From positions 6,418-70,417 of the forward strand of contig CAJTYW010000009.1 of NCBI GenBank assembly GCA_910583995.1: DNA of 64,000 bases, in the 5' to 3' direction. The notes under the pieces were generated by a model, which did no database searches, was not told the origin of the DNA, and was given only the letters and a program-made list of their open reading frames with translations. Shown piece after piece: positions 56,389 to 64,000 of this stretch. The number at the start of each line of letters is the position of its first letter. The stretch's first letter is position 1. The translations under genes were made by a program, and so were the position numbers. Source of the DNA: an uncultured Christensenella sp. Lineage in GTDB: Bacteria; Bacillota; Clostridia; Christensenellales; UBA3700.

Positions 56389-57203
56389 AAAAGATTTTAG
56401 CCAAAGGTTATGTTTACTTAGTACTTTTATTCCTTTATGCTCCTATTGCAGTGCTTGTGATTTATTCTTTTACACCTGCAGCTACTATGCAATGGCAAGG
56501 GTTTAGCTTTGATTTGTACAAAGACTTGTTTAATCCAACAAAAAGTGCAACTATACTGGACGCTCTTAAAAATACTATTATAATTGCAAGCGTTTCATCT
56601 GTTATTTCAACTTTGATTGGAATTTTTGCATCAATCGGTATTTACAATATGAAAAACCGCTCAAAAGAAGCTATGCTTACGGTTAGCAAAATCCCTATGA
56701 TGAATGCGGAAATCGTAACCGGTGTTTCTTTAATGCTACTTTTCTTATTGTTTGGTATACCTTTTGGTATGGTAACAGTTATTATTGCTCACATAGTATT
56801 TTGCACTCCTTATGTAATACTATCTATAATACCTAAACTGCAACAAATGGATAACAACTTATACGAAGCCGCTTTAGACTTGGGCTGCACTCCTATGAAA
56901 GCACTTTTTAAAGCAGTTTTGCCACAAATTTTGTCAGGTATTGTAAGCGGATTTTTCCTTGCTTTCACATTGTCAATTGACGACTTTGTAGTTACAATAT
57001 TCAATATTCAAGGTATTAACACTTTGTCAACATTCATTTATGCTGACGCTGCCAAAAACGGACTTACTCCTTCTCTTCGTGCGCTTTCTACTATGATACT
57101 TTTATCCGTTTTAGTGCTTTTGATTGTAGTAAATGTATTTTCTCACCGCGAGAAAAAATCTAAAAACAAAGCAATCGCCAAAGCAAAGGGGGTTAAACTA
57201 TGA
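56382..57203 (+). CDS. potC: spermidine/putrescine ABC transporter permease
   Basis: 273 aa, EAA loop (EAALDLGCTPMKALFKAVLPQILSG). Overlaps potB by 7 nt and potD by 4 nt (ATGA). Confidence 0.88.
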   Translation: MVKKILAKGYVYLVLLFLYAPIAVLVIYSFTPAATMQWQGFSFDLYKDLFNPTKSATILDALKNTIIIASVSSVISTLIGIFASIGIYNMKNRSKEAMLTVSKIPMMNAEIVTGVSLMLLFLLFGIPFGMVTVIIAHIVFCTPYVILSIIPKLQQMDNNLYEAALDLGCTPMKALFKAVLPQILSGIVSGFFLAFTLSIDDFVVTIFNIQGINTLSTFIYADAAKNGLTPSLRALSTMILLSVLVLLIVVNVFSHREKKSKNKAIAKAKGVKL

Positions 57204-58798
57204 AAAAGAAATCAGTTATTCTAATTATGTTAGTTTTACTACTTGCTTTGACAATTATCCCTGCGCTTAGCGGTTGTAACAGCAATAAAGTAATAGTTCT
57301 TAAAGTTTATAATGCTCAAGACTACATTCAAGAAGGCGAAGACGAAGGCGACGAAGATGTGCTAAAAGATTTTGAAGTTTATTACGAAGAACTTACAGGT
57401 CAAAAAGTACGCGTTCAATACGATACCTTTGACACATTGGAAAGAGCTTATACTATAATAAACAAAAGAAAAGCGGATTACGATGTATTTTGTCCAAGCG
57501 ATTATATCATTGAAAAAATGAAAAAAGCTGACCTTTTGACTCCGCTTAATTTGAATAAAATCCCTAATATAGAAAATATTCCGCCTTATCTTTTGGATAG
57601 AGACTTTGACAGAAATAATGAGTACAGCGTACCTTATATGTGGGGAACATTAGGCATTTTGTACAATGCTGACCAAATTTCTGAAGAAGATATTAAAGGT
57701 TGGGATTTGCTTTGGAATGCTAAATATAAAAACGATATTCTTATGAAAGATAGTATCCGTGACTCTGTATTTATTGCTACTATTTACGCTTATCGTGAAG
57801 AACTTGCAGAGTTTAACAAAACTGCTACTCCTGAAAAATATCGTGAAAAACTTAACGATTTAGTAAACAACATTACTCCTGAAAAGCTTGCAACAGTAGA
57901 AAAAGAGTTACGCGAACAATACAATATCCTTTACGCTTACGAAGTTGACAGCGGTAAAGACTCTATGATTAACGGCGAAGCATTAATCAACCTTGCTTGG
58001 AGCGGTGACGCTGTTTGGGCAATTGAAGAAGCTGCTAACAACGGCATTAACCTTGACTACTATATCCCTGAAGAAGGCTCAAATGTTTGGTTTGATAACT
58101 GGGTTATTCCTAAATACGCTAAAAATGTTGATATAGCTCACGAATTTATAAATTTCATTTGCCGTCCTGATATTGCAGTTAGAAATATGGATTATATCGG
58201 CTACACTACAGCCGTGTTATCTCAAGAGTCAATCGAATATATGACCGACTTAGATGACGAAACACTTGCCACTCTTGACGAAAATGATTATACTTACCTT
58301 TTTGAAAACAGAGACGGAGTGTTAAACGATTCTTGGTTACAAAAGGCTACAGAGTGGGGGATAGATTTTACAGCACTAAAAATTCCTGAAGTTGTACTTC
58401 CATCAAAAGACAAAACGGAAAACTGCGTGGAAATGACCGACTTTGGCGAAAAGCAGGATATGGTTGTTAAAATGTGGACAAGAGTTAAAGCGTTGCCACT
58501 GGGATTAGAAGTTAAAATTTTCAGCATTTGTCTTGCAATAGCAATTGTCGGAATTATAGCCTACTCTATTTACAAAAAAGTAGAAAAGAAAAAGCTTGTT
58601 GCTGGCAAAATTGAGCAATTGGATAATGGCAACAATACCACTCAAAACAATATCTTTAAAACTTATATTCAAAAAACAAAAGACTTTGCGGGAAAAGTTA
58701 AATCAAAAATAACCAATCTTAAAAAAGCTAATACAAAAACTAAAGATATTGATAAAGAGAATATTTCCGAAACCGATAGCGACAACACACAAAACTAA
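57200..58798 (+). CDS. potD: spermidine/putrescine-binding lipoprotein with extra C-terminal TM helix and basic tail
   Basis: 532 aa. Lipobox ALSGC. PotD-like core (YDVFCPSDY, VPYMWGTLGILYN, WFDNWVIP). TM segment IFSICLAIAIVGIIAYSIY, then about 75 K/N/T-rich residues. Confidence 0.88.
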   Translation: MKKKSVILIMLVLLLALTIIPALSGCNSNKVIVLKVYNAQDYIQEGEDEGDEDVLKDFEVYYEELTGQKVRVQYDTFDTLERAYTIINKRKADYDVFCPSDYIIEKMKKADLLTPLNLNKIPNIENIPPYLLDRDFDRNNEYSVPYMWGTLGILYNADQISEEDIKGWDLLWNAKYKNDILMKDSIRDSVFIATIYAYREELAEFNKTATPEKYREKLNDLVNNITPEKLATVEKELREQYNILYAYEVDSGKDSMINGEALINLAWSGDAVWAIEEAANNGINLDYYIPEEGSNVWFDNWVIPKYAKNVDIAHEFINFICRPDIAVRNMDYIGYTTAVLSQESIEYMTDLDDETLATLDENDYTYLFENRDGVLNDSWLQKATEWGIDFTALKIPEVVLPSKDKTENCVEMTDFGEKQDMVVKMWTRVKALPLGLEVKIFSICLAIAIVGIIAYSIYKKVEKKKLVAGKIEQLDNGNNTTQNNIFKTYIQKTKDFAGKVKSKITNLKKANTKTKDIDKENISETDSDNTQN

Positions 58799-58801
58799 AA
58801 C

Positions 58802-58835
58802 AAAAAAGTGCAAGTTATATGCTTGCACTTTTTTA
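58802..58835 (+). terminator. pot operon terminator
   Basis: AAAAAAGTGCAAG-ttatatg-CTTGCACTTTTTT. Confidence 0.85.
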
Positions 58836-59063
58836 TTCTATTATTACTTAATTATAAAATTTAAAAAGCAAATTTTAATTAGCATTATTTTATATTGCTA
58901 TCGCAATACTACTTGTTTACACAAGCACTTTCATTTTAAATTGTTTGTCCTTTGATATATTGCATAATGGTGCAATTATAAAACTAAACACCTAAAGACC
59001 TAATAATTAACATAAAATCATTGAAATTGATTAAATTAATACCGATTTTTGACGGAATTTTGC

Positions 59064-59097
59064 AAAAAAAATATGCCAAAGACAAAAGCTTTGGCAT
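59064..59097 (-). terminator. terminator of the beta-mannosidase gene
   Basis: On the minus strand, ATGCCAAAG-cttttgtc-CTTTGGCAT followed by ATTTTTTTT. Confidence 0.8.
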
Positions 59098-59105
59098 TAT
59101 TATTT

Positions 59106-61655
59106 TTATTTGAAAAACCATTTAAACACAACATCTTTAATGTTTTTAGGTGCAAGCAATACACCTGTGTTTTTGGCTATATCTCTTACTACATTACCCT
59201 TCATATCGATATTTGCAACCGATTTGATTCGTAATTTTTCCACAACTTCTTCTTCTTTCATTTTGCCTACTGGGATAGTGATTTCCGCCCTACCGCCTGC
59301 CATAATATCAAAGTAGTTGTTGCTGAAAGGTGTTTTAACGCTATCCATATAAAGTGCCACATATCTTGCAAATTTTTCCGCTTGAATAGATATTTTTGCA
59401 ACACCTTTTTTTACAGCTACATCAACTTTTAGCTTAGGGTCTGGCAAAAGTGCAAGTTTGTTTTGTACAAACAAAAAGTCTTCCGCTGCAAGCACTCTTC
59501 CCGCTTTATCAGTAAGCTCAGCTACAAACACAAACTCTCTTTCCTTGCCAGCTATAACTTCTTTTAAATCAATATTTGCTATATTGCAGTTGCTCTCACC
59601 TTTAATTTCAACATTTTGCTCACCATTTGATAGCACAATTCCGTCAAAATCTTCAAGTTTCCAAATAAGGTTACATTCTTCATTTACATTCAAATCACAA
59701 CTTAAATCTACTTTAACAATACCCTTTTTACTAGTGATTGAAAGTAAAACAGGAGCAAAAACTCTTTTTAGCTTATACATTACAGCTTTGTAATTGCCTA
59801 AATAGTCAATTGCTGAACAATCTATGCCCGCCCAACAATCGTTAAGCGATGTCATTATAACGCCACGACACTTTGACATATTACGCCTTAAATGCTCTAT
59901 CATTTCTGTATAATATTCCGCCTGAGTAAGTTGAGAATAGTATATTAAATCAGATATACTTCTTGGTACTCTGAACCTTGAAGAAATGTAATATAGCATT
60001 TTATTATTTCCATCACGGAACTTTTGTCTTTTTTCTAGCTCAAGTCCTGTTATTGTGTATTGTTTTTTAGATATAAACTCTTCAAATACTTTTGGACTAG
60101 GCATTGACGGCATACCAAATTCGCCACAAAATCTAGGTGTATGTCTGCCTATCTTTTGCATAGACCGCATACCGCCCCAAACTTCCCACATATTTGAAAT
60201 TCCGTTTTTGTAGTTGTTTACTTTATCGCAAAATTTGCTTGATAGCGGAGATGAAGGAATATAAACAAAATCACAAGAATAACTTTTGATTTTTTCTGGT
60301 ATTTTTTTGTAAAACACGTCAAAAATCGCACTTTTTAATGATTTTTGTCCAAATGTACGAGATAATTTATGCTCCATTTCATAACTTCCGCACAGCACAA
60401 CACACGACGGGTGATTATGTAATTTTACAAGGTTATATTTTATTTCTTTTTCTACATTCGCAGCAAAGTCTGAGTTTTCAAATGGGTAAACTCTTCCCAC
60501 AAAAGGCATATCCTGCCATACCATTATACCCCTTTCGTCGCACATAGTATAAAACTCTTCTGGCATATATCCCACACCTGCAAATACTCTAATTAAGTTT
60601 GCATTGATATTAACTATGCTGTCAAGATAGTTTTCCATCTTCTTTCTGTTAAACAAAGAAGACATACTATCAAGTGGCATTAATGTTACACCTTTAACAA
60701 AAATCTTTTCGCCATTTAGCACTAAGCCGAATTTTTTATAACTATCAACTTCCGACTCTTCAAACTTTATATCTTTTATACCATAACTTAAGCTTTTGCT
60801 GTCAATAAGTTCTTCCCCTTTATAAAGCTCTGTTGAAATGTTATATAAAGCAGGTTTTTTGGTTTTTGAATAAATCGTCCATAGTTCTGGCTTATTTATT
60901 GTTACTACAAGCTCATTTTGCTCTTCAACTTTACTGCTTGTTGCAGTAATAATATTGCCGTTAGGTTCTGTAATATTAAGCTTTAATAAATATTCCGCAT
61001 TGTCAGTCAGCTTTTTGCCTTTTACAGGAACTTTTACCACTACTATTGCAGATTTAGAAATTCTTTCATTTTTTACTATTGTATCGCCCAAATAAAGCTC
61101 ATCATATCCAACAATTTTAATGTTTCCGCAAATACCGCTAAATGGTAATACCAAATTGTTATTAGCACCAAAGTGTATTGCAGGTTTTCTAATAAACTGC
61201 ACTCCTGCCGTACCGTCTTTTGAGTTAGGCATTGGGTTATTTTCCAATTTATTCTCAATATATGTAAGTGGGGAACGGAATTTTATCCTAATTTTATTAG
61301 TAAGTCTTGAAACAAAGTTTTTAATGTCAATTGTGTACTTAATAAATGAATTTTCCGTCCTTGCAACAAGTCTGTCATTTATATAAATATCCGCAATTGT
61401 GTCCAATCTGTCGGCTTCAAGCAATATAACGGGCTTTTTAAGCAAATCCAAAGGCAAAGTAAATTCACGAGCATACTCCCAGTCACGCTCGCCTATCCAT
61501 TGAGTTAAATCTTCATTATTGTCATAGTATGGGTGGTCAATCAAATTGTTTGCAAGAAGGTCAATATAATTACTTCCAGGAACAACCGCTGTATACCATT
61601 TGCCCCTACCTACTTCGTGAAAAGACCACTTTCCGTTTAAATCAAACTCTTTCAT
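59106..61655 (-). CDS. GH2 beta-mannosidase
   Basis: About 849 aa. N-terminal pattern W.F......W..A.VPGS...DL......DPYY..NE typical of beta-mannosidases, and nucleophile region FCGEFGMPSMP. Start taken at ATG 61655 (GAGG RBS); the track start is 61670. Confidence 0.85.
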   Translation of the reverse strand: MKEFDLNGKWSFHEVGRGKWYTAVVPGSNYIDLLANNLIDHPYYDNNEDLTQWIGERDWEYAREFTLPLDLLKKPVILLEADRLDTIADIYINDRLVARTENSFIKYTIDIKNFVSRLTNKIRIKFRSPLTYIENKLENNPMPNSKDGTAGVQFIRKPAIHFGANNNLVLPFSGICGNIKIVGYDELYLGDTIVKNERISKSAIVVVKVPVKGKKLTDNAEYLLKLNITEPNGNIITATSSKVEEQNELVVTINKPELWTIYSKTKKPALYNISTELYKGEELIDSKSLSYGIKDIKFEESEVDSYKKFGLVLNGEKIFVKGVTLMPLDSMSSLFNRKKMENYLDSIVNINANLIRVFAGVGYMPEEFYTMCDERGIMVWQDMPFVGRVYPFENSDFAANVEKEIKYNLVKLHNHPSCVVLCGSYEMEHKLSRTFGQKSLKSAIFDVFYKKIPEKIKSYSCDFVYIPSSPLSSKFCDKVNNYKNGISNMWEVWGGMRSMQKIGRHTPRFCGEFGMPSMPSPKVFEEFISKKQYTITGLELEKRQKFRDGNNKMLYYISSRFRVPRSISDLIYYSQLTQAEYYTEMIEHLRRNMSKCRGVIMTSLNDCWAGIDCSAIDYLGNYKAVMYKLKRVFAPVLLSITSKKGIVKVDLSCDLNVNEECNLIWKLEDFDGIVLSNGEQNVEIKGESNCNIANIDLKEVIAGKEREFVFVAELTDKAGRVLAAEDFLFVQNKLALLPDPKLKVDVAVKKGVAKISIQAEKFARYVALYMDSVKTPFSNNYFDIMAGGRAEITIPVGKMKEEEVVEKLRIKSVANIDMKGNVVRDIAKNTGVLLAPKNIKDVVFKWFFK

Positions 61656-61902
61656 ACTTACCTCAGTCATAATTTTAACATAAAAATTACAAAAAGTAAA
61701 GAGAAAAGGAAAAACATATTATGCTAAATAATAGCAACTACTCTCTTTTGCCTTTTACTGAATACACTGCTTTAATTTATTTTTTACCCCAAACAAAAAA
61801 TATTGGTTTCTTATTATATCGCTCTTATGCCAAAATCGCACGTCCTTAAAAACGTACCTGTTATGAGCTAAAATTTAGCCATAAAGATAAGGCGGTGATG
61901 TT

Positions 61903-62328
61903 ATGTTAAACAATTTAGAACTTGAGAAAAACTATCAAATAAACTCTCAAACTGAAGAAGCAGAAGAACAAGACACAATCAGAAAATTAAAAATTATTTT
62001 GCTTGCAATCACCTTGATTGTCGGTATAGTTTTGTGCGTACAACTTATCACCCAAAATATCGGCTCAACAAGTTATGTAGGCGAAAATGAAAATTACAGC
62101 CTTAAACTTACACTAAAAAACAACGGAACTTTTATATATGACGAAAAAAACATTTTAAATAAGGAAAATGTAATACTAAAAGGTAGTTATTTTATATCCG
62201 AAACAGGCTTTTTACACTTGTCTTTTTATAACGGAAAAGATTTAACGCTTAAAATAAACCATAATATTGGTGAAGCACGAACAATTACTTTTGATAAAAA
62301 TTACCCTTTGCTTAAATTGGAAAGTTAA
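61903..62328 (+). CDS. hypothetical membrane-anchored protein (141 aa)
   Basis: One TM helix (IILLAITLIVGIVLCVQLI) followed by a beta-rich domain. GGCGG RBS-like element. Confidence 0.6.
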   Translation: MLNNLELEKNYQINSQTEEAEEQDTIRKLKIILLAITLIVGIVLCVQLITQNIGSTSYVGENENYSLKLTLKNNGTFIYDEKNILNKENVILKGSYFISETGFLHLSFYNGKDLTLKINHNIGEARTITFDKNYPLLKLES

Positions 62329-62550
62329 ATTTTTGCAATTTTTATATGATAAAACTAGTTGCTTTTAACCACTTTAATACACTTAAAATCAGCAAATTCT
62401 GACTTTTTTTGTGGCATAATTTTTGCTATAAAACTCCCCATTTAGCAAAAATTTTCTGTTTTTTGTTGTTTAATCTTTTTATTTATGGTACAATTGAATT
62501 ACTAAAATAAAACTAATTTGATTTTTTTAAATTAAATTTTAAAGGATTAT

Positions 62551-63858
62551 ATGGCTCTAAAAAATTGGTTCAGATTGGATAACAGTGCTAAACTTTATCC
62601 TTTTATCACCACAAAAGATTCTCAGAATTTGTTTAGATTTACCGTGGAATTGGCTTTTGACATTGATAAAAATATCTTGCAACAAGCCTTAGATACCACT
62701 TTAAAAAGATTCCCTTCTTTTGCTGTAAGACTAAGAAGGGGTGTCTTTTGGTATTATCTTGAAAAAAATGAAAAACAATTGCTTGTACAACCTGAGTCGG
62801 ATATTATTATGGAACAAATTACTGCACACAACTGCAATGATTTTTGTTTTAGGGTAATGTATTTTAATAATCGTATTACTTTTGAATTCTTTCATATTCT
62901 ATGCGACGGCAGTGGTGCATTACAATTTATTAAAAGTTTGATACACACTTATTTGACTTTGCTAGGTTTGGACTTAGATACAGAGAATAAAATTTTAACT
63001 GCAGACTCTCCTATCGACCCAAGAGAGTATGAAGACAGCTTTGCGGAAAACTACAAACCTGTTAAATTGAAAGATATTAATATCACTAATCTTACAGGCA
63101 GCACTTCACAAGCATTCACTCTACCTGGGGAGCAATTTGACCATTTGGGAAAAGGTGCAATTACAGCAGACCTTAGTGCAAAACAAGTGCTTGCCTACTG
63201 CAAAAGTAATGGTTACACGGTTACACACTTTTTAGGCGGGCTATTTATGTACAGCGTGTATATGGCAAAAGGTAGATTTGTCAAAAACCCAAAAGACATA
63301 ACTTTGTTTATACCTATAAATTTAAGAAAACTTTATAAAAGCGTTACTTTAAGAAATTTCACTTTATTCTCTCGTGCAAGGGCAGATATAAAAAAGCAAG
63401 ATTTAACACTCGAATATTTTATAAAAATAGTACAAGACTCTATAGAATCCTGCTATAAAAAAGAGTATTTAGACAACAATATAAGCACTACAATGAAAGG
63501 CGAAAGACTTTGGATTATGCGTATTATGCCATTGTTTATAAAACACCTAGTTTTTGCCATAAACAATGAAAAATCTTTAAAAAAGCCTACGAAAACCGCT
63601 ACATTTAGCAATGTAGGCATTGCAGACCTGCCAAAATCTTTTGAGCCTTATGTTAAAAAAGTAACATTTATGTTGCACGCTTGTCCGCAAGTTCCTATAT
63701 CTTTTACAGCAATCACAACATACGATACTTTGACTATTGCATTTGTAAGATTACTAAAAGATACTGATACCGAAAAATTCTTTATCAATTACCTTGCAAA
63801 CTTAGGTTTTGACATTTCTGTAAGCAGCAATTATTGGGAGGTAGACGATGCGTTGTAA
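62551..63858 (+). CDS. HxxxDG acyltransferase-superfamily protein (condensation / alcohol-acetyltransferase-like)
   Basis: 435 aa. Motif FFHILCDGSGALQF at about aa 113-126, in the position and form of the HHxxxDG catalytic motif of CAT/condensation/WS-DGAT-type enzymes. Confidence 0.7.
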   Translation: MALKNWFRLDNSAKLYPFITTKDSQNLFRFTVELAFDIDKNILQQALDTTLKRFPSFAVRLRRGVFWYYLEKNEKQLLVQPESDIIMEQITAHNCNDFCFRVMYFNNRITFEFFHILCDGSGALQFIKSLIHTYLTLLGLDLDTENKILTADSPIDPREYEDSFAENYKPVKLKDINITNLTGSTSQAFTLPGEQFDHLGKGAITADLSAKQVLAYCKSNGYTVTHFLGGLFMYSVYMAKGRFVKNPKDITLFIPINLRKLYKSVTLRNFTLFSRARADIKKQDLTLEYFIKIVQDSIESCYKKEYLDNNISTTMKGERLWIMRIMPLFIKHLVFAINNEKSLKKPTKTATFSNVGIADLPKSFEPYVKKVTFMLHACPQVPISFTAITTYDTLTIAFVRLLKDTDTEKFFINYLANLGFDISVSSNYWEVDDAL

Positions 63859-64000
63859 TTATTGTAATGTGGATATAGGCGACAACAATATCTGCCCGTT
63901 ATGTCACAAAAAGGTGGATGAAAATTCAGCTATACAAATAAAAACAGAATATCCAAAAAAGCAAGCAAAAAGGCCATTGCCGCTAAAGGTTTCACCAAAA
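63848..64000 (+). CDS. zinc-ribbon protein, N-terminal part (continues beyond window)
   Basis: MRCNYCNVDIGDNNICPLCHKK... (CxxC-N10-CxxC). ATG overlaps the end of the upstream gene by 11 nt, and GGAGG lies 6 nt upstream. Confidence 0.6.
   Translation, partial: MRCNYCNVDIGDNNICPLCHKKVDENSAIQIKTEYPKKQAKRPLPLKVSPK

Noticed and set aside
61721-61849. 42-codon ORF (MLNNSNYSLLPF...) between the mannosidase gene and the 61903 gene
   Set aside because: It has only a weak, distant AAGGA element and no recognisable features or terminator. That is not enough to call a gene.

Overview
AT-rich, gene-dense chromosomal segment that looks like a low-GC Firmicutes or Mollicutes-like bacterium. This is inferred from GGAGG-type ribosome binding sites, lipobox export signals, T-box and NrdR regulation, and Bacillus-like gltX/mrnC/rlmB synteny. 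I support about 46 protein genes, one tRNA-Arg(ACG), one cysteine T-box leader, several sigma-A-type promoters, operator palindromes and many rho-independent terminators. Most genes between 4 kb and 52 kb lie on the minus strand.

Content is housekeeping plus transport and carbohydrate use:
- Housekeeping: nrdDG, tex, thyA-folA, mrnC, gltX, radC, rlmB, cysE-cysS, trxA, pdxS, adenine deaminase, an ABC-F ATPase.
- Transport: two polar-amino-acid ABC operons, a potABCD operon with its own HTH-cupin regulator, an MMPL/RND exporter.
- Glycoside hydrolases: GH13, GH2 beta-galactosidase, GH2 beta-mannosidase, GH26 lipoprotein.
- Three very large or repeat-rich surface proteins.

I saw no transposase, integrase, phage genes, CRISPR array, rRNA, or any recognisable defence or toxin system.

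The most unusual observations:
1. Both amino-acid ABC operons have binding proteins that appear circularly permuted, at different breakpoints, and ATPases with large insertions at the same site.
2. A seemingly intact cofactor-independent phosphoglycerate-mutase-type enzyme is fused through an acidic linker and a TM helix to a 530-aa extracytoplasmic repeat region.
3. An AATACCGATTTTTG motif recurs at about 11 intergenic sites, mostly in terminators.
4. Three operator palindromes with exact 31-bp phasing sit in the pot leader, and ACTTTA-N6-TAAAGT operators sit at an ABC operon that ends in a TrpR/YerC-like gene.
5. Uncharacterised modules: an unknown 429-aa protein coupled to adenine deaminase, and an HxxxDG acyltransferase-like protein coupled to a Zn-ribbon protein.

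All calls come from reading the sequence and the ORF translations. No searches or folding computations were run.
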